From: Adineta vaga
Lineage: Eukaryota > Animalia > Rotifera
Direction of reading: 5' to 3'
Assembly: GCA_021613535.1 (NCBI GenBank)
Contig: CP075496.1
Span: forward strand, 9,796,001-9,860,000
DNA length: 64,000 nucleotides
Positions 12,748 to 25,297 of this stretch are shown here, piece by piece. Position 1 is the first letter of the stretch. Each line of letters begins with the position of its first letter. Both the position numbers and the translations under genes were made by a program. The notes below the pieces were generated by a model, which was not told the origin of the DNA, ran no database searches, and was given only the letters and a program-made list of their open reading frames with translations.

Positions 12748-14531
12748 ATGGCTAATTCCAACAGAAACCTTCGAGAAAAAATCAAGTTAAAACGTGTCAT
12801 TATTCCTATTGTTGTTACTGTTATAATCATCATTGCTGTGACAATTACATTAGCCGTGGTTCTAACAAGAAAAAAAGATACAACAGACAGTGCTACATCT
12901 TCTACTACGTCAAAAGTATTATCGACTACAGTACCTTCTGTCTCAACAGATATAACACCTAATACTACAAAAATAATACCAACGGCGGTAACATCAATTG
13001 TAACTACAACAACGGGATATACGAAATCATCAGGCACAACGAGAACAACAACAGCAACAGTAGGTATAACAACAACAACAGCAGCAGGTACAGCAACAAC
13101 AACAGCAGCAGCAGGTACAGCAACAACAACATCAGCAGCAGGTATAGCAACAACAACAACAACAACAACAGCACTAGTAATAGGTACAGAAACAACAACA
13201 GCAACAGCAGGTATAGCAACAACAGCAACAGCAGTAGCAGCAACTATGTCATCAACAACAGGAAATGCAATTAATACAGCAGAAACGATAATCACATCAA
13301 GCGCACCAGAAACAACAATGGCACAAGGTATAGTAGGAAATAGAGTATTAACTTTCATCCATGCATAATACTATAGGAAACGAATGTGTTTTTTTTTAAA
13401 TTAATCGAATTCTAGTATTTAAATCTTATTCATATATTTGTACAGGTTTCATGATATAAAAAATTTCTTTTGTTTCTTTTTATAGACTTATGCTTAACAC
13501 CAATATTTCATAAAAAGTATGATTCTTCGGATACTTTCTTGAGATTTATGAAAATAGCCGACATAGATGGAGACAACTACGATGATATTATCATATCCAA
13601 TGTGTTTGGACCAACAATTAAAATTTTAACGAATGATCGTAATGGTCAATTTGTAAACGAAACGGTTTACCAAGGCAGTGTTACAGCAGGTGAAATTATC
13701 ATAGGCAATGTTGATAATGATCGATCTGTTGATATTATTGCGATGAGTATATATTCAAACGATATCGGATTGTATTTTAGTAGTATTGATGGTACATTTT
13801 CTTCTGAACGAGTTTTTTCAATTCCTTCAGATCCATCTGATCTCATCTTAGCTAATATCTATGGTGATGATAAAAATGAGCTTATTGTCATCTATGCTGA
13901 AGGTAACACAACTGATGTTTTCTCTTATGATGCAGATGATATATTTACTAATCGTACGACATATTTAACTCAACCTCGGACTTTGCGTGTTCAAGCAGCT
14001 GATATGAATAATGACACAAGATTAGATATTGTTATTGGTCATAGTACAGGTGACATTAGCATACTTATTAACAATGATGATGGTAGTTTTACGAATCAAA
14101 CAATCTTCTCGAGTGAAGTTGTTCCACGCTATTTTGAAATTGCTGACATGAATAATGATGGCTATCCTGATATTATCTATGGAGATTTTTCAAATAAATA
14201 TCATATTTTATTTAATCGAGGTTATGATTCTGGGCCAGAAGTCGTTCATTATGAAACAACTTATAAAGAATACTCTTTGGATATTGCAGATATGAATAAT
14301 GATGGGAGATTAGATATTATTTTCGTAGACAACGACAATAACAGTCTTGGAATTGGCTTTAATACAGGCGAAGAAACATTCATTTATCGATCAGCTCCAC
14401 TTATTTTTCCATCGACTAACCAAACTTTTGCAATAAACTATGCAAGAGCATTCGACATCAATAATGATCATCGCATGGAAATTATTCTACACAGTGAAAC
14501 AGAAATTCTTGCATACTCAATTACTTGTTAA
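12748..14531 (+). CDS. Type II membrane FG-GAP/VCBS protein with Thr/Ala-rich mucin-like stalk
   Basis: TM segment VIIPIVVTVIIIIAVTITLAVVL, a Thr-rich stalk, an intron at about 13328-13487, then DIDGDNYDDII, DMNNDTRLDIV, DMNNDGYPDII and DMNNDGRLDII repeats. Confidence 0.85.
13040..13260 (+). repeat. Coding ACA/GCA low-complexity minisatellite (poly-Thr/Ala)
   Basis: Imperfect units gcaggta(c/t)agcaacaacaacagca encoding AGTATTT-like repeats. Confidence 0.85.
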
Positions 14532-15272
14532 CAATAACGAAATATTCATCTAATCTTCTATTATTCCGTGATTTGTTTTTTGATGAACTTGAAGAATTTT
14601 CATTTTTTTCTAATTATTTTAATTATATATCCTCATTTAATAAAGAAATGTGATCTTTAATTGTACAATGCATCATTTGTAATAATATTTGTAATTACCC
14701 ATGTAGAACATATGAAATTGAATAGCAAGAATCCTGTACAAAAAACAAATATTTATCAAAATACTCGATTAATTAAACGATATACCTTTCTGTTTAATTA
14801 TCTATATATTTCGCGATTTCAATATTACGATCATGTTTTTTTCGCGCTTGAATGAGTATGATAAAAATAAGTCGGAAGTCAGTCGTTTTCTCTCATAGAA
14901 AAAAAACATCGACGCAACTGCTTATTTATCTAACGGTTTGTTTTATATGATCGTCTACACTATTCAATGTCCTTCTATGTACTCTTCTTATCATTTGACT
15001 CATTCCATTTGTACAACGAAAGAATGAAAAAAGAAGAAGAAGAAGAAGAAGACATTTAGACATACAATATTATCTTTGTTTACAGATTAAATATACATTG
15101 ATAGGTAAAACATACTCACATGTGTGCATCTATTTGTTCTTTTAGAACGAACAAACGAAAAGCGAAAAAGAAAGTTAAGAACGAATAAATATACCTAAAA
15201 AAGATAAGCAATAAGAAAAAAATAATACCTTATTGAATTACAATCTATATATGATTCAACGAAATATCAATA

Positions 15273-17648
15273 ATGAATAATACAATAGCTAAGTAAGTTT
15301 TCATTTTCAATAGAACAATGTCTTGGTCATATATCTTATCAATTTTTCGTAGAATTACAAGTAGAAATAAACGAGATGGAATGCCATTACTTGATATAGC
15401 ACTTGAAGAACCAACAGATGGGAACATTTCAATAGACATCCCTATTGTTCAAATTGAACAACCATCAAACGTCGTTACTAATGGAAATTGTCCACATAAT
15501 GATGCAAGATATTTACGAGCAAAATTACGATATTTTTTCATGTCACCATGCTGGAAATGGCATCTAAAACGACAATTTCCATGGAAAGCTTGGTTTCAAT
15601 TTATAAAAATTATCATCGTTACTGCACAAGTACGTAGAAAGGAAGAAGATTGTTATCAATGATAAATTTCAATCTTTCTAGTTAATATTATTTGGTATTG
15701 AGAGACAAACCCATGTGATATTTGTATCTGAAAGTAATATAACATTTCATCATTTATTTGTACGCGATTGGAGTTCAAGTTTGGAAACATTACCATATCC
15801 ACGTGCATCAGGAGATTTTGCTGTTTATACTGAAGATGAATTTTTCGATTCAATTAATTATTCTATTCGTCGTGTAAGTGAAAGATTCTTTTAAGAAAAT
15901 TCATTTTACTTGTTTGTTTATAGTTTAACAATCTAAACAATCTATCCCTAGGTTTATTTGATTTTCATGATCATTCGATACATAATTCATCGACAATGGA
16001 CAATGATACAAGTGAACGTTTTATTACTTTATGTCTCAATCGTTTTAAAACCTGTCGAATTGATCCAAGTTCACATGCTTATGTTTTAAATAGTGAGATT
16101 GAAGATGGTAAATAGACGAGAATTTTCAATTCTAATGTTTCCAAAGAGATTTTTATTCTTATTTAGTTTGTTTCAAATTTAATGCAACAGATGATTTTGA
16201 TGTTAAACAATATTTATTACGTGAACATAATGAAACAATTAGTTACTGTGGATTGAATCTTTTAACACTTGAATTTGCTCTTCATGCAATTCAATTAAAG
16301 AATCAAAAACCATTTAGTTTACCAGATTGTTATCATTTTTTAATTAAAGTACGTCTTTCTTTTTTGTTTTTTTTTCTTCAAAGGAAACTTTTTCATTTTC
16401 ATTTAGATTACATTTGATAATAATGCACGAACAGGAAAGATTCGTCAACATTTAGATTCTCAAGCACATTTTCGTATATGTAATCGACAAATAATTGATC
16501 ATAGTTCGGGTTGGACATTTATTCGACGAGATCTATTTATTCTTTTTGATAGCATAGTATTACTTATTACTATTATTTCATTTATTCTTTGTGTAAGATC
16601 ATTATGGTATGGACATCGTTTATGTAAAGAAATTCGATTATTTTATTCAGAGAAACGATCCGAAGAAAAACCATTGACGTGGAAAGAATTACAAGTTTTC
16701 TATTCATTTTGGTATATTTTAATGATATTAACGGATCTTATGGTTATTTCAGGAACAGTGATTAAAATTGAAATATTATGCAAAGTAATTGAAGAGAATT
16801 TCTTCTGCATAAATACGAAAGTTTTATTAAATAGATTACAGATCAATATAATACAGCTGGTTTATTACTTGGTTTAAGTAGTCTTCTATCTTGGATTAGT
16901 TTTCTTCGTTATTTATCATTCTTTCGTAAATATAATGTAATGAATTGAAAATTTCTGAAAGATAATTATAAAAAAACATTGAATATCTTTTTAGCTCTTA
17001 TTTATTACGATTCAAAAATCATTACCATTAATACTTCGTTTTCTATTCTGTGCAATGATTATTTATTGTGGTTTTATGTTCTGTGGTTGGATTGTTTTAG
17101 GTCCATATCATTCGAAATTTCGAACATTATCAACAACATTTGAGACCCTGTTTGGATTAATTAATGGTGATGATATGTATACAACATTTGCTAATATTGA
17201 AACGGAATCGATTTATATCTGGCTGTTTTCGGAAATATATCTATATTCATTTTCATGTTTGTTCATTTTTGTTGTTTCAAGTTTAATTATTGCATTGATT
17301 ATTGATGGTTATGAAACAGTTAAAGTAAACAAAAACTAAATGAAGAAAAAAAGATATTTGAATTTCTTTTTATAGAAATATTACGTAAATGGATTTCCTA
17401 AAAGTCGACTACGACAATTTAGTGAAGAAGATATTTCTGAACTTTCAACAGATCAAAATTGGCAAGATTTAACAACAGCTATTCGATCACGATCCGTCTG
17501 TTTTCCATGTTGTTTTAAATCGTAAGTGAGAAATGTAATGATTATCAACAAAACAATGATTTCTATTTTTTCTTTCAGTCCAAAAGGACTTACAGAAATG
17601 GCAGCAAGAGATACATATCTTGTTCGAAATCTAAGTACATTTAGTTAA
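15273..17648 (+). CDS. MCOLN: Mucolipin (TRPML) cation channel, multi-exon
   Basis: LRAKLRYFFMSPC..FPWK, PDCYHF, FDNNARTGKI, FCGWIVLGPYH, and the pore sequence FETLFGLINGDDMY. There are about 10 short GT-AG introns. Confidence 0.92.
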
Positions 17649-18183
17649 ATAAAAATCTATCAGGTATTTTGCATTCATACATGCTGCTATGTAAACTGTC
17701 AGGATATGAATATCGTTATATCGTATTATTTCTTGTTTAGTGTTTGGAATTGACAATTCAATTTTATCGTTATCAAATTCATATATGAACGTGGTTTTAT
17801 TTTAATCTTTACTTACAAAGACTGTCTGCATTTTTTTTATTAATGTGATTTTGTACAATCGAAATAAATAAATAAATTTTTGATACAATATGTATATCCT
17901 TCTTCTGACATATTCGAATAGATGAAACTTTAGTAATAGTTGGTCATATTAAATTAGGAAATTTATGTCGATGATTTGAATCAATATTTTCTAAAAGATA
18001 AAAGGCTATGTGTTATCGATACGACAGATTTAAGAGAAATGTACTTTTAATGTTTTACTATTGAGCAAATAATGTCGCGATTATTATCGAATGATTTATT
18101 TTCAACGTATTATTGACAATTTCATTATGACAAACTAATGTTTCATATAACATTACATTTACAGTTCAATCAAATCTAATAAT

Positions 18184-19152
18184 ATGTCTTCATCATCTTC
18201 CGTTCCGACAATAACGTTAAATCTAATCATTATTCATTTGTATCGTTTCGGTGGTCCAATATTGATTGTCTTAGGTACAATTAGTAGTATCATAATGATT
18301 ATTTTATTTCTTCGAAAGAATTTTCATCCGTATCCTTCTTCAATCTATATTATTTGCCGAAATATTTCCAATCTTTTCTTTATTTATCTATCTATTCTTT
18401 ATGAAACATTGGCTCTTGGTTATAACATTACACCAAGTTCATCTAATCTAACATATTGTCGTTTTAGTTGTTATACAACACTTCTATTCGATATTTTAAA
18501 TCCATTTTATTTATGTTTGACATTATTTGATCGTCTTTTAGGAACATCATTCAATGTAAACATTCGTAAATATAGTACACATCAGCTTGCTTATCGATTA
18601 TCGATTTGTGGATTGATATGTTGGATCTTATTACATCTTCATGCATTATTCTTTTCGGAAATTATTCAACTCGAATCAAATATGATCTATTGTTATTTTC
18701 AACCTGGTTTATATTCAACTTTAATGACATATTATTCATTGATAATCAAAGGAATTCTTACTCCGATCGTATGTTTAACATTTGGATTACGAATAATGAA
18801 AAATTATCGTAAACGTTGTCGTCTTATATCAATTTCAAGTGTAACAATTGATGAGAAGAATTTCACTCCATTGATTCGATGTCAAGATCGTGAATTAATT
18901 TTTCTCTTACTTAAAGATATTATCATTTATATTATTTTTAGTTCATTGATGTCAATATTTTTTATTTATGAATTATTAACTGAACATCATACAAAGAATA
19001 TTGATCAACGAGAAATGGAATATTATATTCGATATTTGGGAATATTTTGTATTAGTATACCATTCTGTATTGGTTTTTATACAAATCTATTGATATCAAA
19101 AACATTTCGATGTGAAGTGAAAAATTTAATTTACTTTTCTGATCGAAAATAA
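18184..19152 (+). CDS. Rhodopsin-like GPCR, divergent, single exon
   Basis: 7 TM segments, YCRF, LFDRL (a DRY variant), and FYTNLLISKTFR. Confidence 0.82.
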   Translation: MSSSSSVPTITLNLIIIHLYRFGGPILIVLGTISSIIMIILFLRKNFHPYPSSIYIICRNISNLFFIYLSILYETLALGYNITPSSSNLTYCRFSCYTTLLFDILNPFYLCLTLFDRLLGTSFNVNIRKYSTHQLAYRLSICGLICWILLHLHALFFSEIIQLESNMIYCYFQPGLYSTLMTYYSLIIKGILTPIVCLTFGLRIMKNYRKRCRLISISSVTIDEKNFTPLIRCQDRELIFLLLKDIIIYIIFSSLMSIFFIYELLTEHHTKNIDQREMEYYIRYLGIFCISIPFCIGFYTNLLISKTFRCEVKNLIYFSDRK

Positions 19153-19239
19153 ATTTTCTTTTTATTTGTAAATCTCGTAAAACTATAAGTTTTTTGTCGA
19201 GCACTAATATATTTATAAAAAAAAGTGATGGAAAATATG

Positions 19240-19950
19240 TCTTAGCGTGTTGTGTTTGTTCAGTGATTCACCATTCGTCCGAAACAAGAAATCGAACGAG
19301 AGGAACAATATCTTTGATATTAGTAAAACCATAGTATTACCAAAATCATTCTGAGTATCTCATGTTTCATTGTAAGCTGTTAATTTATCTATTGCTTGAC
19401 CATAGAAAAATGATGTATCTATAGGACTAAATCCAATAGCTGTACTGAAGTTCTAAATAATATAATTCAATTAAGACGTTTTGCATCCTATAGGAAATGA
19501 ATAATTTACCTTCGAGTATCGAATTCTTCGGATGCAGCAAATGTATAATGTTCAATTGGACCTTCACTACCTGAATAGATCGAATAGAAACCAGCGTAAG
19601 CTGCTAATAATGAATTAACAATTGTTACAATTTTCCCACGGTCGGGTAATTATTTTCCAGTTTTTCGAACAAAGAAAAACGTTACTTTGGATTTAATTGC
19701 AAATGATTGATCATAATCGCTCTTTCGATTACTTCTACAATTGATTCATTAAATAATTTTGCTACATTAGCAACTTTTCTTAAATCACCTTGAGTTTTAA
19801 TAGCACCATCTGTCTTATCAGTATCAATAATACGTATTGAATCACTATTATAATCAATTGCTGTTCCAGCAGCAGCAGCATCATGTTGAGCCGAATCACG
19901 AACAATAAGCTAACCTAGATTTTTTGCATCCCCACCAATAACATTCAGAT
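19240..19950 (-). pseudogene. Pseudogene of a bacterial/fungal-type short-chain dehydrogenase (PRK12744-like), with one intron
   Basis: Manual translation: VIGGDAKNLG*LIVRD..AIDYNSD..DYDQSFAIKSKVTFFFVRKTGK*LPDRGKIVTIVNSLLAAYAGFYSIYSGSEGPIEHYTFAASEEFDTR / intron 19453-19509 / ..SPIDTSFFYGQ..TNIKDIVPLVRFLVSDEW*IT. It contains stops and frameshifts. Confidence 0.8.
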
Positions 19951-20369
19951 TTCATCCATTCAACATATTTTATTACAATGGCTTTCTTCAGTCATGCAAA
20001 ATATGTTGTACTTTCTTTCTCTCGATTCATTTTTTCCAACTTTTTCAAATGCTTTTCGACATCCTTTGAAGATTATAAGTTTTTTCTTTGCTCTTCTCTA
20101 TGTGCATATACCACTTCACTATATATTTGTTATCATAATTTCGGGGAAAGAAAAACGTAACAGTTTAATCTTTCACATTCGTTACCTGTGTCCGTCACTA
20201 TGTAATATTGCAAAAAACGGCGAAGCAACAGAAAAAAATTGCCGAGCAAGGATGAAATAAACAGAACAGACAAAATTTGACTGTTGGCAGTTCAGACTGC
20301 TAACGTTTTTTCGAATATTTTATACTGCATCGTGAATGCAAACGATTTATTATAAGGCAAAAATCTATC

Positions 20370-22595
20370 ATGAACATGCATACTAGCGAGAACAAGGAAA
20401 GTATTACTCTCATATGGTTCGATCCTGCTATTGGTTCACGGAAAGATACTGAACGAACAAAAGAGCAACTCCGTCAAATCAATGATTATGTTATATTTCA
20501 TACTGAAATCAGTGAATGTATTACAGATATTCAATCAATCAGCGAGGAAAAGATTTTCTTAATTACCTCTGGTGCACATGCACCTGAATTATTAACGCAA
20601 GTGCATGCACTTTCTCAAATAGATACAATATTTATCTTTTGTATGAAAGAAACAAGATACAAGGATCTTCTTAATAAATATCCTAAAATCATCGATATTT
20701 TTATTGATCGCAAGTTGTTATGTACCTCGATTCTAGAACAGGTGAATCTAGTCAATAAACAATTAGAAACCTTTAGTTTCTTCGATCAACATCAACGAGC
20801 CATTAAAGATTTATCAAAACAATCTGGCGAATTTCTTTGGTATCAACTTTTCAAGGATTTGATTATCCATTTGCCACGAAATTTACAAGCAAGACAAGAG
20901 ATGATTGATGTATGTCGTCACTATTATCGTGGCAATTCCAAAGAACAAAAGCTTATTGATGAGTTTGAACGAGATTATCAACCTGAACTTGCAATTCAAT
21001 GGTATTCGAAGCAATCATTTGCCTATAAATTGGTCAATAAAGCTTTGAGAAGTGAAGATATCGATCAATTATATACACTCCGCATTTTTGTTAGCGATCT
21101 CGCGAAAAGTCTCGAGCGCGAACACCAAAATATGCTGCATTCTGGAGAAAAGATACTAACTGTCTTTCGTGGAGCAAAACTAACTATGGAAGATTTTGAT
21201 AAGATCATGCAAAACAAAGGTAAACTTATTTCCACAAATGGATTTTTGTCGGCAAGCCGCTCTCGTTCAAAAGCATCATCGTTTGCCAAAAATCCTAGCA
21301 GACGCGTCGATATCGTAGCAGTAGTCTTTGCTATTCAGTGTAACATTCGGGAACTAGATCAGAGTGTCATCTTTGCTGATATTTCAAAATTCAGTAAATA
21401 TCCTGAAGAAGAAGAAGTTTTGTTTGATCTTAGTGCAACCTTTCAAATTAATAGCATTGAACAAGAAGAAACATTATGGTTAATAAAAATGAGTGCATCG
21501 AATGAATCACAATCAATCACCAAACATTACCTTGATTTACAACGGAAAGAAGTGCAAGAGAAGAGTGTTCCTATATTAATTGGTAGATTGATGTACAATA
21601 GCGGGCAGTATGAGAAATCACTGAGATATTTTCAGAAATTATTAGCTGACCCTAATGGAGAAGATCTCGCATGGATTGAATTCAACATTGCTCGAGCTTT
21701 TATTTGGAAATGTGATTGGTCTAGTGCGAGAAAATGGTATGACAGCGTATATAATCGAATGATGAATGCTAAACCATCACGTCTCAAAGATTCAGCGACT
21801 GTTCTTCGTAGCATTGGTGTCATCTTACATAGACAGAGCAAATATGATGAAGCTCTCGAGCATTATCAAAGATCACTCACAATACTAGAAAAATTCTATC
21901 CCAATGGTCATCTTGACATTGCTTGGAATTTCAATTGTATTGGTTCTGTCATGCGAGCTCAACAGAAGTACGATAAAGCCATCGAATATTATCAACGAGC
22001 AATGCACATGCAAGAGAAATTTCTACCACTTGATCATGTAGATATTGCTTGGAATTTGAATAACATTGGTCGCGTCTTTCACAAACAAGAAAAATACGAT
22101 GAAGCACTGAATCTTCATCGTCAAGCACTCAAAATTCAAGAAAAGTCTTATCCTAGTGATCATTTTGTTATTGCATGGAGCCTCAACAGCATTGGTGCTG
22201 TTCTTCGAATGCAGGGGAATTCAAAGGGAGCTTTAGATCTTCATCAACGAGCACTTCGTATACAAGAGAAAATTTACGTGACTGACCATCTCGATATTGC
22301 TCATAGTCTTCATAGTATTGGTCTTGTTTATTTCGATCAACATGAATATGATCGTGCTTTAGATTATTTGGAAAGATCACTTAAAATGAAAGAACAGTTT
22401 TTGCCACATGATCATATTAAAATTGCACATAGCTTAGCAGATATTGGAGCTATTTATGAGAAAATGAACCAATCAAAACTGGCCTTAAATAATTACAAGC
22501 GTGCTCTAGCTATCTACAAACAAATTGTTCCCCATGAAAATCGTAATCGACAAAAAACTGAACAATGCATTCAGCGACTTCGTAGCAACAAATAG
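20370..22595 (+). CDS. NAD:arginine ADP-ribosyltransferase-like (R-S-E) domain + TPR array
   Basis: AIQWYS..YKLVNKALR, VFRG, GFLSASRS and EEEEVLF motifs, followed by about 7 kinesin-light-chain-type TPRs (HLDIAWN..IG.V..Q.KYDEAL). Intronless. Confidence 0.9.
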   Translation: MNMHTSENKESITLIWFDPAIGSRKDTERTKEQLRQINDYVIFHTEISECITDIQSISEEKIFLITSGAHAPELLTQVHALSQIDTIFIFCMKETRYKDLLNKYPKIIDIFIDRKLLCTSILEQVNLVNKQLETFSFFDQHQRAIKDLSKQSGEFLWYQLFKDLIIHLPRNLQARQEMIDVCRHYYRGNSKEQKLIDEFERDYQPELAIQWYSKQSFAYKLVNKALRSEDIDQLYTLRIFVSDLAKSLEREHQNMLHSGEKILTVFRGAKLTMEDFDKIMQNKGKLISTNGFLSASRSRSKASSFAKNPSRRVDIVAVVFAIQCNIRELDQSVIFADISKFSKYPEEEEVLFDLSATFQINSIEQEETLWLIKMSASNESQSITKHYLDLQRKEVQEKSVPILIGRLMYNSGQYEKSLRYFQKLLADPNGEDLAWIEFNIARAFIWKCDWSSARKWYDSVYNRMMNAKPSRLKDSATVLRSIGVILHRQSKYDEALEHYQRSLTILEKFYPNGHLDIAWNFNCIGSVMRAQQKYDKAIEYYQRAMHMQEKFLPLDHVDIAWNLNNIGRVFHKQEKYDEALNLHRQALKIQEKSYPSDHFVIAWSLNSIGAVLRMQGNSKGALDLHQRALRIQEKIYVTDHLDIAHSLHSIGLVYFDQHEYDRALDYLERSLKMKEQFLPHDHIKIAHSLADIGAIYEKMNQSKLALNNYKRALAIYKQIVPHENRNRQKTEQCIQRLRSNK

Positions 22596-23142
22596 ACATA
22601 TCAGATCATTGATCTCTAGACTTTTGTACGAGAACTTTTTTTACTTAAAATTAAACTTATATTAATTAAAACAAACTGTTTCAAATGTAATTGATGATAC
22701 TATCATGACATAGATATGATCATATACATTGAACTACATATAATGTATGTAGAGTCTCAACTTTTCAGCATAGAATAGTTCAGATCTCAGATAATCTGAA
22801 ACAAATTTCTCATATTTTTATCATTCCAATCGTCACACTATTATCAAATCTCTACAGAAGAGTAGGTAGCAACTATGACTACGAAATGTGTCATTAAAAA
22901 CGAGAGAACATAGATCTGTTTGCAATAAATTTGATAAAGTATCTGGTTAAATTCAAACAACAGTTGTCGTCATTCTTACTCGGTTTGATAAGAATATCTT
23001 ATGGTTTCTTTAAAATAGATTTGATGTCATGTCTCTGACGGTGATGTAATGACATCATATATTAAATAAATACCAAGGAAGTCGCCATATTGTTAACCGA
23101 TATCATCAAAAAAAGTTTGTTTTATGTTAAAAATATTTTGAA

Positions 23143-23784
23143 ATGAGAAGTTTCTTTCGATCACGTCTTCCGCCACAATTAACATCATTTCAAATAACTC
23201 GATTATCCAATCAATCGAAATTATCATTCGAAGAAATTGAACATTGCTACGATCAATTTATTCTCTGTTATCCGTATGGTTATATTTCATTCAAAGATTT
23301 TCGTCTTTATTTAAAACAATTACTTTTTTATAATGGAAATGATCAATGTCAATATAATCAACTATCTAAAATGATCCTCAAGCAATTATTCTATCGATTA
23401 AATGTCAATCAAGAAAAGAAATTAAGTTTTGAAGAATTTTTTCGATTCAATACACTCATTGCTCAAGAATCAAATGAAAGTAAACTAAGATTGCTTTTAA
23501 AACTATACGATCCACAAAAGAACTATTACTATACTCAAAAAGAAATCCATCAGAATTTAAGAATTTTATTTAATCTATTCAATATATCTCTTTTAAACAA
23601 TGATTTAACTCAAAGAATAGAAACTATTCTAATAACACATCTACATTTAAATAATCGAACTGTAAAAATATGTTGGAATACATTTTGTCTCAGTCTTCTC
23701 AAACAAACGACAACCTTCGAATTATTACTATCAAACAATCCTCTGAATGATAATTCGAAGGAGATTTTAGACACATATTTTTAA
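23143..23784 (+). CDS. Divergent neuronal-calcium-sensor-like EF-hand protein
   Basis: LSFEEIEHCYDQFILCYPYGYISFKDF, LFYRLNVNQEKKLSFEEF and KLRLLLKLYD follow the NCS/recoverin layout, but the loops are degenerate. Confidence 0.65.
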   Translation: MRSFFRSRLPPQLTSFQITRLSNQSKLSFEEIEHCYDQFILCYPYGYISFKDFRLYLKQLLFYNGNDQCQYNQLSKMILKQLFYRLNVNQEKKLSFEEFFRFNTLIAQESNESKLRLLLKLYDPQKNYYYTQKEIHQNLRILFNLFNISLLNNDLTQRIETILITHLHLNNRTVKICWNTFCLSLLKQTTTFELLLSNNPLNDNSKEILDTYF

Positions 23785-23866
23785 ATATTTTAAAGTCATG
23801 TTTATTGTAATAAAAACTTTAACGTTTGAAAAACACATATATGAATATTCAATGATGTGTCTTTAT

Positions 23867-24541
23867 TTATGAATGACAAGCACGTTGCATGAATTCTTTC
23901 AATTTTTTTCGAAAATCCGAGTCATTTGGACAATAATGACCTCCTTTATGAAGATAGAATTCTGCCAATGATGGATTAAAATATTGCAATACGATTTTAC
24001 TCATTTCTGGTGTTATTAAAGTATCATTCGTTCCAGATACATGTAATGATGGAAGTTGATTTTGTGTATTAAATGTTTCTAAGATTGGTTTAATCGTTTC
24101 ATCATTGATTGGAGGACAACCAACGAGAATAATAAATTTAATACAATTAGGAAGAATTGGCCATTGAGGAATATTTAACATCATTGTAACACAAACAATT
24201 GCACCTTGTGAAAATCCTAATATACCATCAAATGGTCCATTAGTATTGATATAATTGATAATATATTCTATACTTTCTTTAATTGTATCATAATTGTAGG
24301 ATGTTACTGGCCAATCTGGTCTATATGACATCCATTGATATCGTTGATCAGTGGATGATTGATCAGATGATTTTAAAAATCCATAATCAACAAATGGGAA
24401 TGGAGAATCAATGAAGACGAATTCCATATCTTTCACTGAACGAATTAAAGAACGCATTTGTTGTTGACGATTTTGTGCACTATCATAAAAACCATGTAAA
24501 ATTAAAATTCGAGTTTTTACTGATTCGACTTTAGCTGCCAT
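23867..24541 (-). CDS. FSH1/OVCA2-like serine hydrolase
   Basis: RILILHGF, GPFDGILGFSQG nucleophile elbow, SLHVSGTND and HKGGH. The start was taken at MAAKV. Confidence 0.88.
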   Translation of the reverse strand: MAAKVESVKTRILILHGFYDSAQNRQQQMRSLIRSVKDMEFVFIDSPFPFVDYGFLKSSDQSSTDQRYQWMSYRPDWPVTSYNYDTIKESIEYIINYINTNGPFDGILGFSQGAIVCVTMMLNIPQWPILPNCIKFIILVGCPPINDETIKPILETFNTQNQLPSLHVSGTNDTLITPEMSKIVLQYFNPSLAEFYLHKGGHYCPNDSDFRKKLKEFMQRACHS

Positions 24542-25297
24542 ATTTTGTTCGAATATTAAAATATGAAATTTCATCTTCGTTACTCAATGATTCGTCCTAT
24601 CAATATATCCAGTAAGAATGTCTTTTCCGTGTATGTCGCTCTTGTACATAAATCGAATAAGTTTGTTCTTCTTTTGACATATTGAGATGTAAAATCGAAA
24701 GATTGTTTCTCATGGAACAACATACTAATATTAACTTGGTATTATTATTTCGAACTATAGAGAAAATGACATTCTCCATCTGCAGGCATTTTCAGTTTGA
24801 TCACTTTTTGAACTATCAAAAATATCGTACTTTTAAGGACATGGAAATCAAGCGAATGAAAAGTTTTTCTTTGGTTTTATTGAATAACAATGAGGAATTA
24901 TTATTTCGAATATACAAACAAACAAACAAACAATGTTTGTAACAGAGACCATAGTCTGATTTCACACAAGTAGTTGAATGAAACAAATAACGAAAGAAAA
25001 TCTAATTAATTTATGCCTGTACAGATGAAGCCAAATTAGAACGAGAAAAAAAACAACTAAAAATGGAATAAATTGATTATGTTCGTGTAATACTGATCAG
25101 CTTTTCTTTATTCAAAAAAGAATAAGAAAATTTTGCAACATTTCAACCAGATTCATTCCGAATTCTGTATAGTTGTCGATCGATACTTAAAATGTAAGTA
25201 ACAAAACAAATTTAAATAAAATATATATTCTTTTGATATCGAACTAGATTTTTTCATTTGAATCGTAACAAATCTCAACATACATAAATTCATAAAG

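Noticed and set aside
12726-13358. Minus-strand poly-Val and poly-Leu ORFs (210 aa, 79 aa)
   Set aside because: They are antisense shadows of the ACA/GCA Thr/Ala repeat in the + strand gene.
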